From: Stutzerimonas stutzeri | GTDB lineage: Bacteria; Pseudomonadota; Gammaproteobacteria; Pseudomonadales; Pseudomonadaceae | Assembly (NCBI GenBank): GCA_002387205.1 | Contig: DGLA01000001.1 | Coordinates: forward strand, 77,549 to 141,548 | Reading direction: 5' to 3' | DNA: 64,000 bases | Shown here: positions 11,212-20,939 of the stretch, piece after piece | Layout of the letters: the number at the start of each line of letters is the position of its first letter | How positions within the stretch are numbered: position 1 is the stretch's first letter | The notes under the pieces: model-generated | Database searches by the model: none | What the model was told of the DNA's origin: nothing | What the model saw: only the letters and a program-made list of their open reading frames with translations | Made by a program: the position numbers and the translations under genes

Positions 11212-11676
11212 CTACCCGGCCTGCTCCTGCAACGGCGGTGTCGAGTCGGACATGCAAACCTGTCCGGTCTCCATGTCGAAGGGCATGGAGAAATGTTCAT
11301 GCACGACCCGCCATTGATCGCCTTGCCGGCGCCAGACCCGGCTGCCACGCATCCAGGCGGTCTGCATCTCGCCCTTTTCGTTGGGGCCGCCGCAATGCGA
11401 GAGCATGCGGCTGTACGCCAGGTCGCCGCCGACCTCGACATGCAACTCGTGGGTCTCGAAGAAGCCCTCGCCCTGACAGAACTCGAAACAGCGCTTCCAG
11501 TGCGCGTGGTAGTCCGGTACGCCGACGAATTGCAGCGCACCGACGGCGTCGAAGGCGACAACGTCCGGCGCGTACTGGGTCATGATCCGGTCCAGATCCT
11601 TGGCTTTGAGGGCGGCTTCGAATTCGTCGTGCAGCTGACGGATGCGGGCTTCGTCCGGGTGGGTGGCGTTTGGCAT
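11212..11676 (-). CDS. SnoaL/NTF2-like (YybH-like) protein
   Basis: KDLDRIMTQYAPDVVAFD...WRVVHEHFSMPFD; AGGAG RBS before ATG at 11676. Confidence 0.82.
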   Translation of the reverse strand: MPNATHPDEARIRQLHDEFEAALKAKDLDRIMTQYAPDVVAFDAVGALQFVGVPDYHAHWKRCFEFCQGEGFFETHELHVEVGGDLAYSRMLSHCGGPNEKGEMQTAWMRGSRVWRRQGDQWRVVHEHFSMPFDMETGQVCMSDSTPPLQEQAG

Positions 11677-11713
11677 GGCGGCTTCTCCTGTCATGTGGGT
11701 TTCGCATGAACTG

Positions 11714-11740
11714 GTCGTCCGGCGTTTCACAGGATCGACA
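11714..11740 (-). promoter_or_regulatory. Putative ECF42 autoregulatory promoter
   Basis: Minus strand TGTCGA-N17-CGAC, matching the ECF42 -35 TGTCGA / -10 CG(A/T)C consensus as I recall it. Confidence 0.62.
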
Positions 11741-11818
11741 ACCGCATTTGATTGTTTCTGGGTATGACGACAAACGGCACTAGCGCGACCGTTCAGCACA
11801 TGTTGTTGCAACTTAGGT

Positions 11819-11861
11819 TGCGAATTATTCGCATTGAAATATGATAATGGCCTTCAGATAG
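11819..11861. promoter_or_regulatory. Fur box(es) upstream of the TonB receptor
   Basis: 7-1-7 inverted repeat TGCGAAT-T-ATTCGCA (11819-11833) plus a GATAATG half-site at 11843. Confidence 0.7.
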
Positions 11862-11926
11862 CACACCGCTTCGTCGGTCTCTGCTCCCGATCCCACCCAC
11901 TGCCTCACATGCCGGTCAAGTCTCCC

Positions 11927-14146
11927 ATGCCCACTCTTCGCTTCGCACGCAAAACTGCCCTGCTGCCCGTTTGCCTTGCGGCCAGCTTCACTGGCACGCC
12001 GTTGATGGCGCAGGAACAAACCGAGCGCCAGCCCCAGGCGGCGACCACCGAGCCGGTGGAACTGCAATCGGTCGAGATCACCGCCAGCGCCGACGCCTCG
12101 GCCGAGGGCCTGACCGAACCCTACGCGGGCGAGCAAGTCGCGCGTGGCGGCCGGGTAGGCATCCTGGGTAATCGGGACTATATGGAGACGCCGTTTACCT
12201 CGACGTCCTATACCTCCAAGCTGATCCAGGATCAGCAGGCGCGTAGCGTGTCGGACATCGTGCAAAACGATCCTTCGGTACGCGTGGCGCGGGGTTACGG
12301 CAACATGCAGGAGCTGTACATGGTCCGGGGGTTCCGTCTGTTCTCGGACGACATCTCCTACAACGGCTTGTACGGCTTGTTACCGCGCCAATATGTAGCC
12401 GCTGAGTTCATCGAACGCGCCGAAGTCTTCCGCGGCGCCAGTGCTTTCCTCAATGGCACAGCACCTGGCGGCTCAGGTGTGGGTGGCATGATCAACCTCG
12501 TGCCCAAACGCGCGCCCAACGAACCGTTGACCCGCCTGACATTGGGCGCCGAAAGCGGCGGTCAAGGTTCGGCAGCCGTCGATCTGGGGCGCCGCTTTGG
12601 GGAAGACGAGCGCTTTGGCGTGCGCCTCAATGCCGCCAAACATGACGGCGAAACTCCGGTCGACAACGAAAGCCGTACGTTGGACATGTTTGCCATAGGC
12701 TTGGACTACCAAGGCGACAACTACCGTTTGTCTGCGGATATCGGCCACCAATACCACTTCATTGATGCGCCACGTCCCAGTGCCTACATTGCCAGCGGCA
12801 TACCACTTCCAAGCGCACCCGACGCCGAAGACAACTTCGCCCAAGCTTGGACATTCTCGAAGGAAAAGCAAACGTTCGGCACCGTCAGGGGTGAATACGA
12901 CTTTTCCGATTCAATCACCGGATGGGTCGCCGTTGGTGCACGTCGTGGCGAAGAAGAGAACCGACTGGCCAACCCGACATATGTTGGCGCGGATAGCACG
13001 ACGGCGTACCGCTTCGACAATCGCCGCAAGGAAGACATTTCTACAGGCGAGCTTGGCTTGCGGGGCTACGCATTGACGGGGAGTGTGTCGCACCAATGGG
13101 TTATGTCTGCGGCGACATTCCGCGCTGAAGAGCGCAACGCTTTTGGGGGGTCGGATTATTCAAACCTTATCTCAGGCGGGCTGAACAATCCGTTCGATGC
13201 CCCCATGCCGGATCTTTTGCCCGGAAACATCAGCAGCCCCTTTTCCGACCCTCGGGTAATCGGTCGCACCCGCACCCAGAGCTTGGCGATCGCCGATACG
13301 CTCGGCTTCATGGATGATCGTTTACTGGTCACACTGGGCGTCCGCCGTCAGGGCATCCATACCACCGACTACGACAGTTTCACCGGCGCTCGCAGTTCGG
13401 ACTCGGACATCAAAACGTATGAAACCACGCCGGTAGCGGGCGTGCTCTATAAGTTGAGCGACGACGTTTCGGTTTACGCCAACCACATCGAGGGACTGGC
13501 AAGGGGGGATAGCGCTCCGTTCTTTGGCGTTTCGAACCCCGGTGTACGGCTGGAGCCCCACGTCGCCAAGCAGACCGAAGTCGGTGTGAAGTATGACGGC
13601 ATGGGCATCGGCGGCAGCCTGGCAGCCTTCCGTACCGAGCGTGCCGTAGGCGCTGTATCCGACGGCGTCTTCCGCGAAGGCGGCGATCAACAGAACCAGG
13701 GTGTCGAGCTGTCGGTCTTTGGCGAGCCAGCGCTCGGCGTCCGCCTACTGGGCGGCGTCACGTTGATCGATACGAAGATGAAAGATACGGACAACGGCGC
13801 GTATAACGGCAATCACGCAATTGGAGTCCCCAAGACACAGGCCAATCTTGGCGGTGAATGGGACGTACCGGGTCTTGATGGGCTGACCCTGACCAGCCGC
13901 GTCGTTTACACCAGCAGCCAATACACCGATCTCGACAACAGTCGGGAAATTCCCTCTTGGACCCGTCTGGATGTTGGCGCTCGCTACGGCATGAAACTCC
14001 AGGAGCGCGACGTTACTTTGCGCGCTCGCCTGGACAACGTCACCGGACGCGACTATTGGGCATCCACTGGCGGCTACGCTAACGAGAACTACCTCGTCCT
14101 CGGTGCCCCGCGCACCCTCACGATCAGCGCCACGGTCGACTTCTAA
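11927..14146 (+). CDS. TonB-dependent siderophore receptor
   Basis: Signal peptide, TonB box (SVEITA), plug with ERAEVFRGASAFLNG, C-terminal GAPRTLTISATVDF. Start may be 11909. Confidence 0.92.
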   Translation: MPTLRFARKTALLPVCLAASFTGTPLMAQEQTERQPQAATTEPVELQSVEITASADASAEGLTEPYAGEQVARGGRVGILGNRDYMETPFTSTSYTSKLIQDQQARSVSDIVQNDPSVRVARGYGNMQELYMVRGFRLFSDDISYNGLYGLLPRQYVAAEFIERAEVFRGASAFLNGTAPGGSGVGGMINLVPKRAPNEPLTRLTLGAESGGQGSAAVDLGRRFGEDERFGVRLNAAKHDGETPVDNESRTLDMFAIGLDYQGDNYRLSADIGHQYHFIDAPRPSAYIASGIPLPSAPDAEDNFAQAWTFSKEKQTFGTVRGEYDFSDSITGWVAVGARRGEEENRLANPTYVGADSTTAYRFDNRRKEDISTGELGLRGYALTGSVSHQWVMSAATFRAEERNAFGGSDYSNLISGGLNNPFDAPMPDLLPGNISSPFSDPRVIGRTRTQSLAIADTLGFMDDRLLVTLGVRRQGIHTTDYDSFTGARSSDSDIKTYETTPVAGVLYKLSDDVSVYANHIEGLARGDSAPFFGVSNPGVRLEPHVAKQTEVGVKYDGMGIGGSLAAFRTERAVGAVSDGVFREGGDQQNQGVELSVFGEPALGVRLLGGVTLIDTKMKDTDNGAYNGNHAIGVPKTQANLGGEWDVPGLDGLTLTSRVVYTSSQYTDLDNSREIPSWTRLDVGARYGMKLQERDVTLRARLDNVTGRDYWASTGGYANENYLVLGAPRTLTISATVDF

Positions 14147-15273
14147 TGCAGGCAGTCACCCTGCGGCGGTGGGGCTGGGTCCATAAGTGGTCCAGCCTTG
14201 TCTGCACCCTGTTCATCCTCATGCTGTGCCTCACTGGCCTACCGCTGATCTTCTCGCATGAGATCGAGCACCTGGCCGGCGACGAGATCGAAGCGCCGGC
14301 GATGCCCGAAGGCACCCCGCGCGCTCCGGTCGATCAGGTGGCGGCGAAGGCGGTCGAGGCCTATCCGGGGCTGGTGCCGCTGTATTTCTTCGCCGAGGAA
14401 GACGAGCCGGACGTCTGGTACGTCAAGCTCGACACCCGCGTCGACACCGACGAGAGCGAGTCGACCTTAATCTTGTCCGACGCCCGCACGGCCGAGGTGC
14501 TGGGCGCGCCGAACTTCGACGAAGGCTTCATGAGCGTCATGTACCGCCTGCACGTGGACCTCTACGCAGGGCTGGCGGGCAAGCTGTTTCTCGGTCTCAT
14601 GGGCCTGCTGCTGATGGTGGCGATCGTCTCCGGCGTGGTGCTCTACGCCCCCTTCATGCGCAAGCTGCGCTTCGGCGAGGTACGCCAGGAGCGCACGGCC
14701 CGTACCCGCTGGCTGGACCTGCACAACCTGCTCGGTATCGTCACCTTGGTCTGGGCGCTGGCGGTGGGCTTCACCGGGGTGATCAACACCTGGGCGGACC
14801 TGATCTTCCAGGCGTGGCAGGCCGAACAGGTCGCCGCGCTGCAGGCCGGCAAGACCCGTGTGCTGCTCGCGGACGATGCCAGTGATGCCCCGGCCGCGGA
14901 CGGCTCGCTGCAGACCGCCGTCGACCGGGTACTGGCCGCCGCGCCGGGCATGGCGGTGGCGATGATCGCCTACCCCGGCACCCTGCGCGCCACGCCGGAG
15001 CATGTCGCGGTGATCCTGCGCGGCGACACGCCGCTGACGTCGCGCCTGACCCAGGCGCTGCTGGTCGATCCGGCCAACGGCGAGGTGCTGGAAGCCGGGG
15101 CGCGACCCTGGTACGTCACCGCGCTGCAACTGTCCGAACCGCTGCATTTCGGCGATTACGGCGGCCTGCCGCTGAAAATCCTCTGGGGGCTGTTGGACAT
15201 TCTCACCATCGTGGTGCTCGGCAGCGGCCTGTACCTGTGGCTCAAGCGCGGCGCGACGGAGGGTCGGGCATGA
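14146..15273 (+). CDS. PepSY-associated TM helix iron-uptake/reductase protein
   Basis: HKWSSL, RLHVDL, DLHNLLG, PLHFGDYGG histidine motifs. Confidence 0.88.
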   Translation: MQAVTLRRWGWVHKWSSLVCTLFILMLCLTGLPLIFSHEIEHLAGDEIEAPAMPEGTPRAPVDQVAAKAVEAYPGLVPLYFFAEEDEPDVWYVKLDTRVDTDESESTLILSDARTAEVLGAPNFDEGFMSVMYRLHVDLYAGLAGKLFLGLMGLLLMVAIVSGVVLYAPFMRKLRFGEVRQERTARTRWLDLHNLLGIVTLVWALAVGFTGVINTWADLIFQAWQAEQVAALQAGKTRVLLADDASDAPAADGSLQTAVDRVLAAAPGMAVAMIAYPGTLRATPEHVAVILRGDTPLTSRLTQALLVDPANGEVLEAGARPWYVTALQLSEPLHFGDYGGLPLKILWGLLDILTIVVLGSGLYLWLKRGATEGRA

Positions 15274-15467
15274 TGCGCATCTGGTTGTGGCCGGTGGTGA
15301 TCGCCGTGGTGTCGGCGATCGGGCTGATCGCCGGCCTGGTCTCCGAAGGCGCCGGCGACTGGCTGAGCTGGCTGGCCCTCGCCGTACCCGTGGTGATTTC
15401 GTTGCATGGCCTGCGCCGCTGCAAGCCGCAGGGCCAGCGCCGGCAGAGCGTGCGCGCCCGGGGCTGA
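15270..15467 (+). CDS. Small membrane protein accompanying the PepSY gene
   Basis: ATGA overlap with the PepSY stop; two hydrophobic helices, GDWLSWLALAVP. Confidence 0.65.
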   Translation: MMRIWLWPVVIAVVSAIGLIAGLVSEGAGDWLSWLALAVPVVISLHGLRRCKPQGQRRQSVRARG

Positions 15468-15545
15468 GGGGCGGCGCCGCGATCTTCGACCGGAGCATTG
15501 CCGCCTGACTGCGGTCACATGCTCACGTCTGTCTGGAGATGCGCC

Positions 15546-16727
15546 ATGCGCCACCTCATCAACGCCCTGCGCCACTGCGCCCTGATCGGGTCACTGGCCT
15601 TCAGCACCTCGGGAGCAGCAGCACCCATGTATCAAGTTCTGATCGGTAGCTACACCAGCGAAGACAACAGCAACGGCATTTATCGCATGCAGTTCGATGC
15701 CGAAAATGGCCAGATCGAGCCGCAACCGCTGCAGATGGTGCGGACCCACAACCCGTCCTGGTTGCTGCCGGACCTGAACCGTAACCGGCTGTATGCAGTG
15801 AACGAGAACGGACCGGGCCATCCCGATCCGGTAGGCCGGGTCAGCGCCTTCATCATGTCGCCAACCAGCGGCAAGTTATCGGTCCTGGAGCAGCAGATCA
15901 CCCTTGGTGATGAACCCACGCACCTGAGCCAGAGCCGCGACGGGCGTTATCTGTTCGTCTCCAACTACGGGTCGCGCGCAAACCCGGGCGGAAGCCTCGC
16001 GGTGGTCCCGCTGGCCCGGGACGGGACCCTGTTGCCGGTCACCCAGATCGCGACCCACAAAGCCAGCGAAGTGCACCCGGAGCGCCAGCAATCGTCCCAT
16101 GTGCACTCGGCAGTGTTATCACCTAACGGGAAGACCCTGTTCGTCAGCGACCTGGGCGCCGACAAGATATTCGTCTATCGCTACGACCCGTCCAACGCCG
16201 AGCGTCCATTGACTCCGGCCGATCCCGCCTTCATCAGCCTGCCGGCCGGCAGCGGCCCGCGTCATCTGGTGTTCAGCCCGGACGGTCTGCAGGCCTACGC
16301 CACCCTGGAACTGAGCGCCCAGGTGGCGCGCTTCGATCATGTCGACGGCACCCTGGTGCAGCGCCAGCTGGTAGACCTGGCTGCGGGCGGCGATGCCAGC
16401 CAGCATTCACCGGGCGCGATCCATCCATCCCCGGATGGTCGCTTTCTCTATGTCAGCGATCGGGCGGAGACGAACCGCATCCTGGTCTACGCCATCGAGG
16501 AAAACGCCAACCTGCGCGAGATCCAGCAGCGCGATAGCGAGGGCCGCGAGCCCCGCGAGTTCGCCATCGACCCGAGCGGCCAGTTCATGATCATCGCCAA
16601 CCAGAAGAGCGATGCCCTGGTGGTACTGATGCGTGACCCCGACAGCGGCAAGCTGGGCGATACCGTGCAGACGCTGCCGATGGGCCGGCCTTCGGATGTG
16701 AAATTCATCGATCGCAGCGGTAGTTAG
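15546..16727 (+). CDS. Secreted/periplasmic lactonase (6-phosphogluconolactonase-like beta-propeller)
   Basis: Signal peptide; NPSWL, ERQQSSHVH, GSGPRHLVFSPDG, PREFAIDPSG. Confidence 0.87.
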   Translation: MRHLINALRHCALIGSLAFSTSGAAAPMYQVLIGSYTSEDNSNGIYRMQFDAENGQIEPQPLQMVRTHNPSWLLPDLNRNRLYAVNENGPGHPDPVGRVSAFIMSPTSGKLSVLEQQITLGDEPTHLSQSRDGRYLFVSNYGSRANPGGSLAVVPLARDGTLLPVTQIATHKASEVHPERQQSSHVHSAVLSPNGKTLFVSDLGADKIFVYRYDPSNAERPLTPADPAFISLPAGSGPRHLVFSPDGLQAYATLELSAQVARFDHVDGTLVQRQLVDLAAGGDASQHSPGAIHPSPDGRFLYVSDRAETNRILVYAIEENANLREIQQRDSEGREPREFAIDPSGQFMIIANQKSDALVVLMRDPDSGKLGDTVQTLPMGRPSDVKFIDRSGS

Positions 16728-16737
16728 TCGATGAACT

Positions 16738-17433
16738 TCAGAGATTTTCTGCCAGGAACACCAACGTCCGCCCGTGTGCCAGCGACGCAGCGTTCTGGTT
16801 GTACATGGGCCGCGCCCAGCAGTTGAAGCCGTGGTCGACGCCGGGATAGGTCTCGATCTGCGCCTGGCCGACCTGAGCCATCTTTTCCTGCACGGCGGCC
16901 ACCGCGTCTGAGTCGATGTGGTCGTCTTCCTCGGCAAAGTGGAACAGCGTGGCACATGTGATCTTTTCAGCCTGATCCAGACGCTTCTCGATGCTGCCGG
17001 GGTAGTAGCAGACGGCGGCATCGACGCCCGAGTTGGCCGCCAGGAGGTAGGACAGCACGCCGCCCATGCAGTAGCCCACCGACGCCACGCGCCCATTGCA
17101 GTCATCGCGGTCGCGCAGCAGGTCGGCGCTGCGGCGCAGATCGTCGATGGTGAGGTTGAAGTCCAGCTCCTTCATCAGGGCAAAGGCCCGCTCCCAGTCA
17201 CCGCCGTCGTAACCGAGCTTGACGCCTGGCTCGCTGCGCCAGAACAGGTCCGGGGCCAAGACCACGTAGCCGTCGGATGCATACTGGTCAGCGACCGACT
17301 GGATGTGCTCGTTCACGCCGAAGATTTCCTGAATCAGTACGATGCCCGGGCCGTGGCCGGCCGGAGGGAGTGCCAGGTAGCCCTTGAAGGTCTTGCCGCC
17401 TTTCGCGGGGATGTCGATCCACTGTGAAGTCAT
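16738..17433 (-). CDS. Dienelactone hydrolase family protein
   Basis: IQEIFGVN, GYCMGG nucleophile motif, YPGVDHGF. Confidence 0.9.
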   Translation of the reverse strand: MTSQWIDIPAKGGKTFKGYLALPPAGHGPGIVLIQEIFGVNEHIQSVADQYASDGYVVLAPDLFWRSEPGVKLGYDGGDWERAFALMKELDFNLTIDDLRRSADLLRDRDDCNGRVASVGYCMGGVLSYLLAANSGVDAAVCYYPGSIEKRLDQAEKITCATLFHFAEEDDHIDSDAVAAVQEKMAQVGQAQIETYPGVDHGFNCWARPMYNQNAASLAHGRTLVFLAENL

Positions 17434-17686
17434 GCCTGTCTCCGTCTGGTTTGCTGCTGAATACCATCACGAGGCGCAACGCGCCGTTGAACAGGTGCGA
17501 CCGGCCAAGGGCGCGGGAGTTCGCGAGGTGCACGCTGAGCATCCGGCAGTTCACCGGTTGGAAATGGCAAACGGGCGGAACAATGGCGCTTCCCGCCAGG
17601 GTCACACGCACCAGGGGCAGGCCGTCCGCTACCATGTCGGGCCGTGCCGGCTTACCGTAACCGATCCATCCACAGGGAGACCCAAC

Positions 17687-18997
17687 ATGCCCCAGGCGAC
17701 CGACGCCCTGACTCCGCGCGATGAAGCAGACGGCCAGCGCCTCTATCGCAAGATCGCCTGGCGGCTGATCCCGTTTCTCTGCTTCTGCTACCTGGCGGCT
17801 TACCTGGACCGCATCAACGTCGGCTTCGCCAAGCTGCAGATGGCCGATCAGTTGCAGCTCAGCGAAGCGGCGTTCGGCCTGGGTGCAGGCCTGTTTTTCG
17901 TGGGCTACATCCTCTTCGAGGTGCCCAGCAACCTGATTCTCAAGCGCGTCGGTGCGCGGGTCTGGATTGCACGGATCATGATCACCTGGGGCGTGTTGTC
18001 GGCATGCACCATGCTGGTCACCACGCCGGGGCAGTTCTACGTGGTGCGCCTGCTGCTGGGTGTCGCTGAGGCGGGCTTTCTGCCGGGCGTGCTCTACTAC
18101 CTGACCCTGTGGTTTCCGACCTACCGCCGTGGGCGGATCATCGCGCTGTTCATGATCGGACTGCCGCTGTCGAGCGTAATCGGCGCGCCCTTGTCCGGCT
18201 GGATTCTCGGCGCCTTCGATCAGGTGCAAGGGCTGCGTGGCTGGCAATGGCTGTTTTTGCTCGAAGGGATTCCCAGCGTGCTGCTCGGGCTGCTGGCCTT
18301 GCGCATGCTGCCCGACGGCCCGAAGCGCGCCGACTGGCTGGACATCAAAGAACAGGGCCAGGTGCTGCGCGACCTCACACTCGACGAGGCGCAGAGCCCT
18401 GCCAGTGGCGAGACCTTTCGCCAGGGCTTCTTCAACCTCAAGGTCTGGATGCTCGGCGGCATCGACTTCGCGATCTTGCTGAGCGCCTATGCCCTGGGCT
18501 TCTGGATGCCGACCTTTATCCGCAATGCCGGTGTCAGTGATGTGTCGGAAATCGGCCTGCTGACCGCCGTACCCAGCATCGCCGCGGTGCTCGGCATGCT
18601 GGCCCTCGGCGCCAGCTCCGACCGTTTCCGCGAGCGACGCTGGCACATCATCCTGCCGTTCTGGATCGGCGCCGCAGCGATGGCAACCAGTACCGCATTC
18701 ACCGACAACGTGGTCATGACCGTGCTGCTCTTTTCCATTGCCCAGGCGGCAATCATCGGCGCGGTTCCGGTGTTCTTCAGCCTGCCGGCGACCTTTCTCA
18801 CCGGCACTGCGGCAGCGACCGGCTTCGCCCTGGCCTGCTCGTTGGCGAACATCGCCGGGCTGGTCAGCAATACGGTGATTGGCGTCACGCTCGATATCAC
18901 CGGAGAAAGCGGTGCGGCGCTGTGGTTCTTCGCGGCGTGTCTGCTGCTCGGCTCGCTGCTGGTGATCGCGCTGCCGCCGAAGGTGGTGAATCGCTAA
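17687..18997 (+). CDS. ACS-family MFS transporter (organic acid)
   Basis: AYLDRINVGFAKLQM, FEVPSNL; GGAGA RBS before ATG at 17687. Confidence 0.88.
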   Translation: MPQATDALTPRDEADGQRLYRKIAWRLIPFLCFCYLAAYLDRINVGFAKLQMADQLQLSEAAFGLGAGLFFVGYILFEVPSNLILKRVGARVWIARIMITWGVLSACTMLVTTPGQFYVVRLLLGVAEAGFLPGVLYYLTLWFPTYRRGRIIALFMIGLPLSSVIGAPLSGWILGAFDQVQGLRGWQWLFLLEGIPSVLLGLLALRMLPDGPKRADWLDIKEQGQVLRDLTLDEAQSPASGETFRQGFFNLKVWMLGGIDFAILLSAYALGFWMPTFIRNAGVSDVSEIGLLTAVPSIAAVLGMLALGASSDRFRERRWHIILPFWIGAAAMATSTAFTDNVVMTVLLFSIAQAAIIGAVPVFFSLPATFLTGTAAATGFALACSLANIAGLVSNTVIGVTLDITGESGAALWFFAACLLLGSLLVIALPPKVVNR

Positions 18998-19068
18998 TCG
19001 CGCCGCTTGGGCAGCAAGTCGAAATTCGAGACGGCGGAGCGTGGCCGTGCCTCCGCCCCGCCCTATGG

Positions 19069-19287
19069 CTAGCGCTCCGGGCGATCCTGGTTGTCGCGCT
19101 TCAGCGCGTCTTCGTCGCTGACCTTATCCGCCATGTCCGGCGGCACGTCGTAGGCGCCGCCTGGCACGTCGTCACGATCGCCTCCGGCAGCCTCGCCGTT
19201 TGTGGTCCTGCCTGCCTGGTCGATGCGCTCATCGTTGCGATCGTTGATCGTTTCCAGGTTTTCCTTGCCGCGTTCGGATTGATTCAT
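19069..19287 (-). CDS. Small acidic hydrophilic hypothetical protein (72 aa)
   Basis: Strong GGAGG RBS upstream; D/E/N/R-rich; no recognised family. Confidence 0.62.
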   Translation of the reverse strand: MNQSERGKENLETINDRNDERIDQAGRTTNGEAAGGDRDDVPGGAYDVPPDMADKVSDEDALKRDNQDRPER

Positions 19288-19481
19288 GGGACCTCCGTCT
19301 GGTTGCTCATTCGGACACCGCTCGGCATCCCTCTGGTTAGGAAGGCGGCCGATCGAAGAAGTTGCACGCAGGATCGCCTCGCAGCGATGACTTGGCCATT
19401 CGGCAGGCGCGCTGAACTAATCCAGCCAGGTGCAGGCCAAAAAACCATCTGGGGATTCCCCAACTGCCACCGTGTGAAGTT

Positions 19482-20927
19482 ATGCAACTGACTCGAAGCC
19501 TGCCCGTCGATACCACGCCCGTTGTCGCCGAGACAGCGCCGTCCAAGGAGCTGTATTTCGCCCTGCTCGATGCACCGGCCAATGAAGCCGTGCGCGAACG
19601 TGCCGCCGAATACCTGTGCAGCCAGCTGAATGGCGCCTCCGCGCTCCCCTGCGACCTGCCAGAAGGTCCGGCCGGGCTCGCGGATTGGCTGGACGCACAC
19701 ACTGCGAAGGTCGGTGGGCAATACCAGGCCTATCTCGACGAACGCCGCGCCGGCGGGCCACGCCGCTACTTCACCAGCAAGGCCCATGCGCTGCACTTTC
19801 TGCGCGGCGTGGCGCCGACCAAACTGGTCGACGGGGCCTGGCTGTACGGCCTGCTGCAACGCTGGGACGACGCGCGCTTCACCTCGCTGATCCAGACCTA
19901 TCTCGAAGAGCTGGGCGAAGGTCAGCCGGAAAAGAACCACGTGGTGCTCTACCGCAAGCTGCTCGCCAGCCAGGGCTGTGATGACTGGCAGAACCTGGAT
20001 GACGACAACTTCGTCCAGGGCGCCATCCAGCTGGCGCTGGCCGAGCACGCCGAGCAGTTTTTGCCTGAAGTGATCGGCTTCAATCTCGGCTACGAACAGC
20101 TTCCGCTGCATCTGCTGATCAGCTCCTACGAGCTCACCGAGCTGGGCATCGATCCCTACTATTTCACCCTGCATGTGACGGTCGATAACGCCGACAACGG
20201 CCATGCGAAGAAGGCCATCCAGGGCTTGCTCGCGGCCTGGCCACAGGTGGGCGACAGCGACGATTTCTATCGCCGGGTCATGAACGGCTATCGCCTCAAC
20301 GATCTCGGTGCGAGCACGCTTTCGGTGATAAGCGGTTTCGAGCCCGAGCAGGAAGTGCTGCGCGTGCTGGAAAAGAAGGCCGGCGTTGGCCAGTTCGTGC
20401 ATTCGGACTATTGCCGCTTCGACGGCCGTACCGTGAACCAGTGGCTGGCCGAGCCCGAGCAGATTCCACAATTCATCGAGACGCTGCAACGCCGCAGCTG
20501 GATCAGGCGCCACGAAGATCCACAGAACAGCCGCTTCTGGCAGCTTATTACCGGCGAACAGGCGCCGATGTTCGGCGTTTTCAGCGCCCACGAGCAGCAG
20601 CTGATCCACGACTGGATTGCTGGCGACTGGCTGGCCGAGCAGCCGCCCACCCGTGGCAAGCCACACCCCTCGCTCGCTCAACGTCAGGTGCCGTTCAGCA
20701 ACCGTCGTCGGACGCCCGCCGAGCGGCCAGCAAAGCCGGCGCTGGTGCAGCAAGGCCAATCGGGCAGCGACTTCGATCAGGAAACCTTGCTGCTGGAACA
20801 ACAACTGGCGCAGCTGCCGACACGCGAGGCACGCATGCGGCACCTCCTGCCGCTATTGGCCCCAACCCGTCACCACAGCGCGGCTGGACTGCTTGCCACC
20901 CGCATCTTCACCGGATTGTTCAACTGA
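19482..20927 (+). CDS. Iron-containing redox enzyme (heme-oxygenase-like diiron oxidase, HDO)
   Basis: YLEELGEG...NHVVLY, GYEQLP, YFTLHVTVDNADNGH metal-ligand pattern. Confidence 0.82.
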   Translation: MQLTRSLPVDTTPVVAETAPSKELYFALLDAPANEAVRERAAEYLCSQLNGASALPCDLPEGPAGLADWLDAHTAKVGGQYQAYLDERRAGGPRRYFTSKAHALHFLRGVAPTKLVDGAWLYGLLQRWDDARFTSLIQTYLEELGEGQPEKNHVVLYRKLLASQGCDDWQNLDDDNFVQGAIQLALAEHAEQFLPEVIGFNLGYEQLPLHLLISSYELTELGIDPYYFTLHVTVDNADNGHAKKAIQGLLAAWPQVGDSDDFYRRVMNGYRLNDLGASTLSVISGFEPEQEVLRVLEKKAGVGQFVHSDYCRFDGRTVNQWLAEPEQIPQFIETLQRRSWIRRHEDPQNSRFWQLITGEQAPMFGVFSAHEQQLIHDWIAGDWLAEQPPTRGKPHPSLAQRQVPFSNRRRTPAERPAKPALVQQGQSGSDFDQETLLLEQQLAQLPTREARMRHLLPLLAPTRHHSAAGLLATRIFTGLFN

Positions 20928-20939
20928 GGCGAATGCGCC

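Noticed and set aside
17384..17686. N-terminal extensions given by the ORF track for the MFS gene, and likewise znuC, znuB, polA and the SnoaL gene
   Set aside because: Downstream ATGs with RBSs or family-typical N-termini are better starts.
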